From contig CBDCYI010000011.1 of assembly GCA_965224085.1 (NCBI GenBank), positions 640,001 through 704,000 of the forward strand: DNA of 64,000 bases. Direction: 5' to 3'. Origin of the DNA: Candidatus Marinacidobacterales bacterium (lineage in GTDB: Bacteria > Acidobacteriota > Vicinamibacteria > Marinacidobacterales > SMYC01). Positions 21,215 through 31,239 of the stretch are shown one piece after another. Both the position numbers and the translations under genes were made by a program. Below the pieces are notes generated by a model. That model did not search any database. It saw nothing but the letters and a program-made list of their open reading frames with translations, and was not told where the DNA came from. The first letter of the stretch is position 1, and the number at the start of each line of letters is the position of its first letter.

Positions 21215-21335
21215 GCCTGGATACCTTCCCGCCGCCACTTTGGCCTCCTTTTTCAACGCCACCGATAGAATGTTGGCACCACGTTGGCTTTTTCGTGGCG
21301 TCGGGGTTGGTTTGGCTCCGGGCTGCGAGCGCGAC

Positions 21336-22370
21336 TTACTGATACCCATGGTATCGACGACCGTCGGGCTGGTCGGCGGGCGGCTCCGGTCGTTGATAGC
21401 GGCCCGACTCCTGGTCGAACCATCGTTTGGTCAGCGCGTCGCCATAGGCTCCGAAGATCTCATCCGCATCGCCCCTGCTCCGAAGGACTTCCTGTAGCAC
21501 GCCCACGTACCCGATCGCGGCCAGTCCGACGATCTCGATAGTCCGTCGTACGCCTCGCGCATGTCGTTCGTCACGAAAGTGAACGTGTCATCGTGATAGT
21601 CGATACCGGGAATTCCAGCGAGGGATCGCAGGCTTGCCGGGGGCACGGCGTGCAGTGACGCGTAGATCGGGGTTGAGATCTTCATCACTTTCGCGGACGC
21701 CATGTTCTGAACGGCCCGTCTCGCGCCTTCGCGGAGTGCCGCCCGGGCCTCATTCACGGGGCGGGGAATCGTGTCGTCTGCGGCGGTCGCTTCCTTCACG
21801 GTCACGAACTCGATCCACGGCATCGTTTCGAGGTCGGCGGCGAGCCGGTCGTCTCCCGAGGCGAAGATCACCGGAACGCCCACACGTCCCCAGGAGAGGG
21901 CACCCAGCTCCGTTTCGGTGATGGATTGACCATTGATGAGTAGATCGACCCCGAGCGTGAACGTGTGCGATGCAAAGCCACCGCTCCCGGTCTTCGCATG
22001 CATTCCCACCACCGCCACGGCGTCGATTTCTTCCGATTCCGGGAGATCGAAATACGTGTCGTAGGGTTCGTCCCGGATGAGCTGGGTAGCCCGCTCGTCC
22101 AGGAGGTCCCGCCTAAAGTCGGGGTCCGGATTGCCGCTCCCGTGTCCGTCGGCGATGACCACCTCCGTCGCACCGCCGGCGAACAGCCCGTCCGCCACCG
22201 CATTCACGTCGGCGGCGAGCCATTCCTGCCCCGTGGGATACATCTCGGTACCGAAGTCGAACGAGCTGGGATCGCTCTGGCCCGCGAGGCCTTCCATATC
22301 GTGGATGATGAGAACCCGGATGCCGTTTTCCGAACGCGGTGTGAAGTCGGCGAGGGTCCACGCCCTTATT
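21336..22370 (-). pseudogene. M55 D-aminopeptidase (DppA-like), 5'-truncated with a 3' frameshift
   Basis: DMEG, ADGHGSG, VGMHAK..G..SHT and SGDD motifs; no start codon before the IS-end-like sequence at 22433. Confidence 0.8.
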
Positions 22371-22432
22371 AGTCGGCACAGAGTGTTGCGTCCCCCTTGG
22401 GCGGCGATAGTGAAACGGGCGGGATCGGGACC

Positions 22433-22476
22433 TGTCCCTCGTCAGAACTCGTCCACGTGTGAAATCAAGGACTTAC
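22433..22476 (+). repeat. Orphan IS-end-like sequence, inverted relative to the end at 26160
   Basis: TGTCCCTCGTCAGAACTCGTC..AATCAAGGACTTAC versus the reverse complement of the 26160 end, TGTCCCTCATCAAAACTCGTC..AATCAAACACTTAC. Confidence 0.7.
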
Positions 22477-22869
22477 AGACTGCCGTTGGTTACAAACATA
22501 TAACGTCGCTTCGGGCGCGTATCACGGGCGACGCGTAGAATCAAGCCCCGGTTCCTGCTTCACGGAGGATCTACGACGCGAGCAACACCATTGTCGCTGC
22601 CGATCTCCGCACTCACAGACCAACAAACTTTGTGCGGAAAACGCATGTCACTGCGTCCCATCCCCGCGAACCAGGGCTGCCGCGCCGCGCAAGATGCGGA
22701 GCAGTCGTTCTTGGGGACCCACGCTTGGCAGGCCGATTCACCCATCTCGTGCAGTTGAGCGCACCCACATCTGGGCGTTCGGGTGCTGTTTGTATGAAGC
22801 GCTCACCGGAAGAAAGCGTTCCAGGGCCAACCGGCTCAACTCCACCGAGTGACTATAGAGGCAATCGAT

Positions 22870-23124
22870 ATGGTAGAATATACGCAATTCAGCTTAAAAT
22901 TCGTCAAAGTCGGAGCCGTGATCATGGAACTCCGAGAGCTACTTCGCGAAGTAGATTCTCACGCTGTCGATATTCTAGGCGCTACGGCAGCACCTGATCC
23001 TGCTACAACCACTAATAGAGCGCTCCGAGCATCCCAAGCGATCGGACACATCACAGAATTGTGCCGCGATATCCATCTGTACGAAGAGATCCAAAAGCTG
23101 AAAATCCATGAAACGGTGGATTGA
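22870..23124 (+). CDS. Small helical hypothetical protein
   Basis: Lower-GC ORF with a GAGG upstream; stop overlaps the next start. Confidence 0.5.
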   Translation: MVEYTQFSLKFVKVGAVIMELRELLREVDSHAVDILGATAAPDPATTTNRALRASQAIGHITELCRDIHLYEEIQKLKIHETVD

Positions 23125-23342
23125 TGAAAGTAGATAAGGTAAAGCATCTTCTTAGGGAGTTGGATAGCTTCTTCCTGCTCTGCGAACGAGATCGCTCCGA
23201 AGTCTTCAGCTCGATCCTGCGAGGAGATTTGGGAGAGGCTACGAGGGTCTCCATGCGTCTCGACACGGCATGCTCTCATGTTCGATCGCTTGCAAAGGAG
23301 ATCGGAGAGCTCTTGCGCGCGAATAAGGAGCGAGTCCATTGA
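23124..23342 (+). CDS. Small helical hypothetical protein
   Basis: TGATG coupling with the previous ORF; shares LLRE(V/L)DS with it. Confidence 0.5.
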   Translation: MKVDKVKHLLRELDSFFLLCERDRSEVFSSILRGDLGEATRVSMRLDTACSHVRSLAKEIGELLRANKERVH

Positions 23343-23463
23343 TCGAGTTTGAGTTTCCAGATGCTTTACAGCCGAACGCTCGACAAGAAACGTCGTTCGG
23401 CTCGACCGAGGCACGGCATCCAGCTGTCGCTGGGGCATGCTTCCGTCGTCACGACGGAGAGGT

Positions 23464-26160
23464 TGTCCCTCGTCAATATTGATCGGGGCGGGGCTTAGCC
23501 CTATGCGAAACGACGAACGAAGGAACGAGCGTTCGACGCGTGCATGCAGTCGCTATGATCGCACCCACCGGTTCAGTGCGTTGAGTTCGTCGTTGAAGGG
23601 ATCGAGCTGAGCGACACGCGGCGACGAGAGCGGCTTACGCCGCTTCCCGCCATTCGTATCGGTGGTGAAGTCCGCCGACTCGCGGCAGCGCGACGACCTT
23701 CGCAGTGGGTGACGGTCTTGGGATGACCGGTCTTTTGTCTGGCGTGTCTTTGTCGAGTCCCAAGTGACCACGGTCCTCGTGATAGTAGTTGATGTATAGA
23801 CGTGCGAGCCGGACGAGATGCCGCTCGCCAAAGATGACCACGTGCTGGAGGAGCTCGCGCCGACAGTTCCCGATCCACCTTTCAGCGGTGCCGTTTTGCC
23901 ATTGGCTTCGAAACGAAGTGCGAATGGGCTCGATGCCGAGCGCCCGGACGCACTCGACGACGGCTGGGCTGAAGATGGCATCCCGGTCTAAAATCAAGTA
24001 TCGAAGCGTAGTATCGTAGGGAAACGCCTCGCGCAATTGCTGCATCACCCATGCCGCCGTCGGATTGAATGTGGCGTTGAAGTGCACGATGTGGCGACGG
24101 CCATGCTCGATGACGAAGAAACCGTATAGGAGCTGGAGCGACGCCGTCGGTACGGTGAACAGATCCATCGCCGCGATGTCGTCCTTGTGGTTGCGAAGGA
24201 ACGCCATCCATCGCTTCACTTGGTCCGGCTCGGCAGGTCGCCGCGGCAGATACCGTGACACCGTCACCTCCGACACGATGAAACCGAGCTTAGGGTCTGT
24301 TACATATTAATGTTGACAATACACTGTCATTGCTTCTATCCTCTGCTAGTTGCGAGACTATACGAGGATGGCAACCAATCGAAAGGTACCAGAGTCTGAA
24401 CGTCACTGGTTGAAGGTGCTGGGAGCGTTGAACGAAGCGCAAGCGCGTGTTTTTGTGGCTCAACGGGCGCTTGAAGAAGGTCGCGGTGGGATCAATCGGC
24501 TGTAGCGACTGACGGGGATGTCGCGCCCGACCATCATGAAGGGCGTGGCGGAGCTGAAGGGGAAAGCGCCGATTGTTGATAGCGAGAGCGCCCGAGTGCG
24601 CAAGCCCGGAGGGGGGAGAAAGCGGGTCGAGGAGTTAGACCCGAGAGTCGAGCGGGAGCTGAAGAAGATCCTCTACGAAAGAACCGCCGGCGACCCGATG
24701 AAGCATCTCAAATGGACGAACAAGTCCACGAGAGCGATGGCGGAGGAGCTTGAACGCAAAGGCCACGATGTCTCACACGTGACGGTTGCTCGACGCCTAG
24801 GAGAAATGGGTTACTCGCTGCAAGCTAATGTGAAGAGATTGGAAGGGGATCAGCACCCGGATCGGGACAAACAGTTTCGTTACATCAACAAGCAAGTAAG
24901 CAAGTTCATGCGAAGCAAGGATCCGGTCGTGAGCGTCGATACCAAGAAGAAGGAATTGATAGGAGCCTTTGAAAACAGGGGTAAAACGTGGAGGAAGCAG
25001 AAGGGCGGAGGTGAGCCGGTTGTTGTACACGACTTCCCCAGTATGGCTGAAGGCAAAGCAATTCCCTATGGGACTTACGATGTGTCTCGCGACGAAGCGC
25101 TGGTCAACGTCGGCATTACTCACGAGACTGCGGAATTCGCGGTAGAAAGCATCCGGAGATGGTGGCGCATACTCGGGAAGAAGTCTTATCCGACGGCGAA
25201 ACGTCTGCTTGTTTGCGCGGACGCCGGTGGAAGCAACGGAAACCGGCTGCGAGGTTGGAAGCTCCACCTCCAAAAGCTATCGGACCAACTGAAGATTCCC
25301 ATCACCGTATGCCACTATCCGCCGGGAACCAGCAAGTGGAACAAAATCGAACATCGACTATTCTCGTTTGTCAGCATGAACTGGAAAGGTCGGCCTCTCG
25401 TGAGCTACGAGGCGGTTGTCAATCTTATTGGCAACACCAAAACCCGAACTGGATTGAAGGTAAAGGCCATGCTGGACAAGAACTCCTACGAGACAGACCA
25501 AAAGGTCAGCGATGAAGAGATGCAGGAGCTTCGACTCAAAGCTCACCCCTTCCACGGCAACTGGAATTACACTCTACATCCCCGACGTGCTTGAATTGAG
25601 GGTATGCATCTTCTTGTATTTGTAAATATTATTGTGTAACATGCTCTTAGTGAACTCGGCATGGATACGCGGCGCTCCCCAGCCGTCCTGAGCCATCGTC
25701 CGGATCAATTGACGAATCTCGGCGTCAACCCGGGGACGACCCGGATGGCGTCGCCTCGATATCTTCGCCCAGTAGCGGCGGAATCTGTCGCGATTCCACT
25801 GGGCGACCGTGTCGGCCTTCACGAGGACCAGTCGATTCGCCCAGCCCGGCCATGAATTCCGAAGAGCGACCCAGAATGCTCGGTCCTTGTCATCGAGCGC
25901 CGGCCGTGGACGCTCTTTCTTCAGCGCTGTGACTTGCTGCCGCAGAGCCAGATTCTCCAGCACAAGGTTCGCGCGGCGACGGCACATCGCTCGGATTGCA
26001 TGCGCACCAACGGAAACGAGGAAAACGACGACGCGGAGCATAACGGCGGAGTTTGCCCTTCCCGGGCTGGGATCTCAAGTGACCAAGAGTCTTGAAGCGA
26101 CTCGAAGCCGGGGCTCGTAAGTGTTTGATTCTAGAAGCCGACGAGTTTTGATGAGGGACA
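23464..26160 (-). mobile_element. rve (integrase core) type IS; transposase 23635..26041 interrupted by an ISAzo13-family element
   Basis: LENLALRQQ, WGAPRIHAEFTK|LGFIVSEVTVSRY, AMDLFTV, LILDRD and QNGTAERW motifs; ends TGTCCCTCGTCAA (23464) and TTGATGAGGGACA (26160). Confidence 0.85.
24293..25646 (+). mobile_element. ISAzo13-family element (1354 bp); transposase 24368..25594 has an in-frame TAG at 24503
   Basis: IRs GGGTCTGTTACATATTAATGTTGACA and the reverse complement GAGCATGTTACACAATAATATTTACA; 3-bp TTA duplication; SVDTKKKEL and PPGTSKWNKIEHRLFS motifs. Confidence 0.92.
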
Positions 26161-26264
26161 GGTTGTTTCACGAGGTTTCACGCCGTTTCACGCCGTTTCG
26201 TCCTTGCGAATAGGTACATTTTACGAAACGAACCCAATCGAAAACAAGACAACGCCAAGACGCA

Positions 26265-26355
26265 CGCTTACCGGGACGGGACTCTCACCCGCTGGAGTAG
26301 TGCAGCTCGCAAACGGTAGCTCGTACTGACGCTCTTCGTCTGCTTCACGACGCAC
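26265..26355 (-). ncRNA. Probable 5' remnant (start of domain I) of a group II intron
   Basis: The minus strand reads ATG|GTGCG... then GCGGGTGAGAGTCCCGTCCCGGTAAG, matching the GUGYG 5' boundary and a GGUGARAGUCC-type hairpin. No RT or domain V was seen. Confidence 0.5.
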
Positions 26356-26481
26356 CATCGAGAGAATTTATCGATTCGACGGGGAAGTTACAACCGTGTC
26401 ACTGTGCGAAATAGCCTACGCGCGCCGGCAATCGCGGTCGCGTCGTTCTCTACTAAATAGGGAAGCACCTGGCAGGCTACA

Positions 26482-27744
26482 ATGGCGTGCATGACAAAGT
26501 CGCTCGATCAGGCCCAAGGGACCGGTCAGCTGCTGCGCTCGCTCTTCGAGGCTACCGCCGGCGAGACGGGCGATGATTTCTTTCGTGCGCTCGTGAAGCA
26601 GCTCGCCGTGCTGCTCGAGAGCCGGCACGCGTTCATCTCGGAGTTACTTCCGAGCGGCATGCGTGCCCGTTCGCTGGCCTATTGGGCGGACGGCCGGTAC
26701 CTCGACCCTTTTGAGTATGACCTGGCCGACAGCCCTTGCGAGACGGTGCTCGAGGGCAATATCGTGCACGTGCCGGACAACCTCCTCGTCCTGTACCCCA
26801 AAGACAAGATCCTGGCGAAGCTGGAGTTCGAGAGCTACCTCGGGATCCCGCTCCTATCGCGAGATGGGGTCGTGCTCGGTCACGTCGCAGCGACAGACGA
26901 CAAGCCGATGTTCGACAAGAGCAGGGACTACTCGACGTTCGAGGTATTTGCTTCGCGTGCGACTGCGGAGCTCGAGCGACGTCGCGCGGATGCCGCGCTC
27001 GCGAGAGTCCAGTCCAAGCTCCTCCAAACCGAGAAGTTGGCGAGCCTGGGTCAGCTCACCGCCGGTGTGGCGCACGAGATCAACACCCCCACTGGCATTA
27101 TCCAGAGCAACGCCGATCTGGCGAAGCGTCTGTTGGAGAAGCTACGCGGTTCCCTGGCAGGCATTGGGCTGAACGCTGAAGCCGAGAGGTATTTTGCTGC
27201 GCTTGTCGACGCGACCGAGGCGAGCTTCGCCGCGAGCGCCCGCATCACGGGTATCGTCTCGAACCTGAAGAAGTTCACTCGCGTAGACACCGCCCAATAT
27301 CAGGAGACCGACATTCGCGACTGTATCGAGAGCACTTTGGCGCTTCTCGAGCCTCAGTTGCGGGATGGCGTCGTGATCGACAGGAAGTACGGGGAGATCC
27401 CCAAGATTCACTCGCATCCCGCGGAGCTGAACCAGGTGTTCATGACGCTGTTGCAGAATGCCATCGAAGCCATCGACGGCGAAGGAACGATCACCATCAC
27501 GACCTCATCGGACGAAGAGCACGTTTACGCCGCCGTCGGTGATGATGGACCCGGCATTCCTCGGGAGACGTTTAACCATTTGTTCGAGATCGGTTTCTCC
27601 ACGAAGGGTGCACGCATAGGCATGCGCGTTGGTCTCTCCACCGCTCACAACATCATCAAGAACCACGACGGCGACATTTCCGTGGAGTGCGGGGAGGCCA
27701 GCGGCACGAAGTTCAAGATCGCCTTGCCGATACACCAGAACTAG
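26482..27744 (+). CDS. GAF-domain sensor histidine kinase (NtrB-like)
   Basis: EKLASLGQLTAGVAHEINTP H-box, NQVFMTLLQNA and DDGPGI; N-terminal GAF domain. Confidence 0.92.
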   Translation: MACMTKSLDQAQGTGQLLRSLFEATAGETGDDFFRALVKQLAVLLESRHAFISELLPSGMRARSLAYWADGRYLDPFEYDLADSPCETVLEGNIVHVPDNLLVLYPKDKILAKLEFESYLGIPLLSRDGVVLGHVAATDDKPMFDKSRDYSTFEVFASRATAELERRRADAALARVQSKLLQTEKLASLGQLTAGVAHEINTPTGIIQSNADLAKRLLEKLRGSLAGIGLNAEAERYFAALVDATEASFAASARITGIVSNLKKFTRVDTAQYQETDIRDCIESTLALLEPQLRDGVVIDRKYGEIPKIHSHPAELNQVFMTLLQNAIEAIDGEGTITITTSSDEEHVYAAVGDDGPGIPRETFNHLFEIGFSTKGARIGMRVGLSTAHNIIKNHDGDISVECGEASGTKFKIALPIHQN

Positions 27745-27754
27745 ACTAGACTCC

Positions 27755-28432
27755 TTATTCGCCGCGATTCCTCTCCGCCGCAAGCACACGCTCGACCAAA
27801 TCCGAGTAGCGGGACCCCTTCCGGATGTCTGCCTCTTTCGGAATCGATCTCAAGAGCGAGCGTACGCGTTCGATCTGGCGTGTCGTGAAAACAGCGTTTT
27901 CAATAAGCGAGAGGCAGGCGTCAGCCATGGTTACCGTCTCTTCTTCAGTCTTGTTGGGGACGTGAAAAAGTGATTCGTAGACCTCACGGTGGCGTGCAAT
28001 CCCTTGTTGCTGTTTTCGACATTCAACGCAGCGAACGCAATCGGATTCGAGTCCAAAGCCGAGCTGCTCGTACCAATGCTTCTGTTCTTCGGCAAAAAAG
28101 ATGAACGGGCAGTGGCAATCACGACATCTTCGTTCGAGGTCGAAGTAGTGGGTTACCGGAACCGTTGTGCGCGTCTGTTTGGTGAGGTCAGCAGCAATCG
28201 CCGTGTTTGCGATCCTTCTAGTGTGATTCAAATAAGCACCTGGATCGCCGTACGGCCACTGCGTTCCGGTGACGGCTTCGAACTGAGCAGCGATCTCGTG
28301 GTGCGTTGTTGCATTCCAATGCAGGTGAACACCTGGGTCCGTCGGACTTGGATTCAATCTGGTGAAGTTGGGTCGACGACCATATCTGGGGTGGTCGGCA
28401 AACATAGCGTATTTGTCGGACTTGCGTCTCAT
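27755..28432 (-). CDS. Zinc-ribbon (zf-trcl-like) domain protein
   Basis: D..RRCRDC..PFIFFAEEQK.WYE.LGF....VRC.EC. Confidence 0.75.
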   Translation of the reverse strand: MRRKSDKYAMFADHPRYGRRPNFTRLNPSPTDPGVHLHWNATTHHEIAAQFEAVTGTQWPYGDPGAYLNHTRRIANTAIAADLTKQTRTTVPVTHYFDLERRCRDCHCPFIFFAEEQKHWYEQLGFGLESDCVRCVECRKQQQGIARHREVYESLFHVPNKTEEETVTMADACLSLIENAVFTTRQIERVRSLLRSIPKEADIRKGSRYSDLVERVLAAERNRGE

Positions 28433-28678
28433 CGGTTGGCCAACCCTGTGCGTCGTCATTATTGATCCGACCAGGGACGTCCGTCGAAAACTAGCGACCA
28501 AGCGCGCGCGCCTGAACGACAAGGTCGAACACGATTGGCTTCATCGGACACCGCACACGTGGTTTCTTGTCGTCCTCATCCGTATCGCGCCCTGAGTTGT
28601 TCCAGGGGGACCGTGAATCCGGTTTCAACCGGGTCAAGTGCACTCAGTGCCGAACCTCCGCTCCCGGAACCCGCGGTA

Positions 28679-29985
28679 TCAACTCGGCGGAGTCCCCGCC
28701 ATCGCCTCGACGGTGCTCACGAGATCGTCGAAGCCGACCACGCCGCCGTGCACGGGTACGATCCGGTCCACGCCCAAGTTGCGACGTTGGACGTTCTCCA
28801 GCACGTTGGCTGCGAACGGCTGGTAGTCTCTTCCCGGGCTGTACGCATCGGCTTGAACGAGCAGTCGTTGCTGGGGGAAGTAGGCCATCAGCAGCGCGTC
28901 GCCGTGCGGATTGCCTTCGATGTGGTAGAGCTCGACTGTCATCGAGTCGTCCTCGTAGGTCCTGGCGTCGTCGACGGTCTCCAGAGACAGAGGCCGCGGA
29001 CTGTTTTCCAGGGCGTCGGGCTCGATGCTGCTCGACCGTTCCGCTAGATCCCGGTAGAAGGACTCGTTGGCGGCCTGAGTAATGATGGTGAGCCCTTCCG
29101 AGATGGCGGCGCGCACTCCGCCCGAATGATCGAAGTGATGGTGGGAGTTCACGAGCTGCGTGAGCGGTTTGTCCGGCACGAGCTCGCGCGCTTTTGCAAT
29201 CACCGCCAGGGTGCGAGCCTCGTTGGGCGCCTCGATGAGCATCAGGTGATCGCTGAACTCCACCAGAACGCAGTGATGTGATTCACCGGCCAAAAACCAC
29301 ACGCCATCGGCCACTTCCTCGGCTGTGACGTTCGCAGGAGGCGGTCCGGTGATCGGCGCCGCCGAGCGCGCCGCTTCCGGCGCCGACAAGTCTCCCACGT
29401 CGGCATTCAGGCTGTAGGACGTGATGCGAAAATCTCGAGCGTGGTAATCATCGATCGTGCCGGACATGCCCGTCGGGAGCATCAGCCCCTCCACTTCCTC
29501 GTAGTCGGAGACTCTCGTGCGCATCGAGACGTCGCGCAAGTTCGGATGGTTGACCAGCGAGGTTACGGAAGTTGGAAGGTGAGTCGTGGCATCGATCGCC
29601 AGCCTGAGCTCGACGCCGTCCGCCGTGGTGATATCCACGAGGCGCTCGCCCCCTTCCGTGCGTGCATTCGCCACGGTCGCTGCTGCGTCGAAGGCGGCTC
29701 GAACCGCCGAAAGCGGGTGATGATAATGTTCCAGCCGCATGTTGCGCGCGGTCGCGTTCGGCGCCCGACTCCCGCTGCCGTCCGTCGCCACGTTGTAGGC
29801 AATGTCGCCGTCGATGCCGAACGTCTGCTGCATCGGATCTCTGCCCCGAAAATAGTTGAAGTTTGGCGTGCGGGTTTGCTCGATCCGCGTGCTGCCCGTG
29901 GCGACATCGACGGATCGCCGGTAGTTGCTGATCGTGAAGGTCTGCCCGGTCGCCTCGGGCGTCATATCCTGGCCGATGTTTTTTG
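28679..29985 (-). pseudogene. MBL-fold metallo-hydrolase lacking its N-terminus
   Basis: NSHHHFDHSGG and PVHG motifs; abuts a protease fragment. Confidence 0.8.
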
Positions 29986-30378
29986 TTTCAGCTGCAGGAG
30001 GGCGACATCGGCGCCCCCTTCGCTGAAGAGTAGCGAAGCAGGCCGTAGCTCACCATCCTGGGTCTTGACGACGATGGCATCGGCGCCGTCCACGACATGC
30101 GGCGCCGTGAGAATGTGGCATTCGGGAGAAACGAGGACGCCACTGCCCACTCCTTGTTGCTCCTCTCTCCCGTTGTCGGTGAGACGCTGTTGGCGAGTGA
30201 AAACGGTGACGACGGCCGGGAGAACCCGCTCATAGAGCTCGGCCGCTCTCGCCTCTCGCCCCGAAAGATAACTCGGCGCCCGTCGAATCTTGGGGGCCGC
30301 GTGATCCTGCGCGGGGCTCGCAACGTTTTGAAACATAAGGGCGGCGCTCGCCGCACACATTAAGGACACCGCCCGCAT
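29985..30378 (-). pseudogene. Trypsin-like (HtrA/DegP) protease, N-terminal fragment
   Basis: Signal peptide, GVGSGVLV, ILTAPHVV and DVALL; the catalytic Ser region is missing. Confidence 0.8.
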
Positions 30379-30490
30379 ATTGCCACTCCTCTCGGCCCGG
30401 GTATCGGCATCTGTAGGCTAGCGCGGGCTCGGATACCGCGACGTGAAAGACACCACTTCAGGACGAAAAACGGTGCGCGGCCTTCGCTTT

Positions 30491-31207
30491 TTAGACCAAA
30501 CGGCTCAAAACCGTCAAGAACTCCGGCAGCATCCGGCCCATCAACTCGAAATAGGACGCAAGCACGGGCACTCTCTCGTTTGGTCGGTAGAAAACTCTCT
30601 CGGTAAACCCGGCGCGGCGAATGATTTTGCCAGTGCTTCCGTCGATGAAGTAAAACTCCGCCGATAGTGCATAGCCGACCCTCTCCTCGAATGCCGAGTC
30701 GCGAACGAGTCGCGGCGCACCTGCTTCGTCCTGCACGTAACGGTTCCGTAGCATGAAGCCGGAGTGAAACACTTTGGCGAAGTGCAGCTTTCCGCTGACG
30801 ATGAGCGGTGCGTGATACGTGGCGCCGAGCTTTCGCCAATAATCATCGTCGTTCAGGTGCTTGTCTCGATCCAGATCCATCCATTCTTGACGCGAGATTT
30901 CAGGTCCTGCCGACGATGCTTTTGCCTCCAGATGGTCGAGCTTCTCTTCCTTGTCCGATACGACGTGAGCCGAGCGAGCGCGAAGCTGATTCCGAAGAAT
31001 GCGCACCGTCTCCAAATCCAGGTCCAGCTCCTCATCCGTCCGAGCTACGAAGCTCGTGACCAAAACGCGTTCGAATCTCGAAGCCGCCGGCCCGGGGTCG
31101 ACGGGCGCCGCGACCGAGATCTCGTGGGAGCTCCCGCAAGAGACGAAAGCGCCCGCCTCAAGCAGGACAATGAACGCTCCGGCCAGTCTACCGTTGAATT
31201 CTCGCAT
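30491..31207 (-). CDS. Putative lipoprotein of unknown function
   Basis: Hydrophobic N-terminus ending FVSCG; co-oriented 33 nt downstream of the GWxTD gene. Confidence 0.65.
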   Translation of the reverse strand: MREFNGRLAGAFIVLLEAGAFVSCGSSHEISVAAPVDPGPAASRFERVLVTSFVARTDEELDLDLETVRILRNQLRARSAHVVSDKEEKLDHLEAKASSAGPEISRQEWMDLDRDKHLNDDDYWRKLGATYHAPLIVSGKLHFAKVFHSGFMLRNRYVQDEAGAPRLVRDSAFEERVGYALSAEFYFIDGSTGKIIRRAGFTERVFYRPNERVPVLASYFELMGRMLPEFLTVLSRLV

Positions 31208-31239
31208 TTGTCACCTACCAGGAGTCCGGGTCTCCGCGA

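Larger units (their letters stand above)
17102..21267 (+). mobile_element. IS21-family element (4166 bp) with extra zinc-finger and ParB-like genes
   Basis: Left end TGTCGGTGG...GCCAAAGTGGCGG matches the reverse complement of the right end TATCGGTGG...GCCAAAGTGGCGG. A 7-bp direct repeat GAATGTT flanks it at 17095-17101 and 21268-21274. Confidence 0.92.

Noticed and set aside
15644-24505. In-frame TAG codons in the PEP-CTERM gene (16127-16129) and the ISAzo13 transposase (24503), suggesting amber recoding
   Set aside because: TAG terminates clearly full-length genes here (gcdB, TetR, histidine kinase, MotA-like). No pyrrolysine or suppressor machinery is visible, and single substitutions in decaying genes explain these stops.
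26165-26240. Short GTTTCACGCC tandem and TTACGAAACGAACCCAA motif
   Set aside because: Too short and single-copy in this window to assign a function; may belong to a genome-wide repeat remnant.
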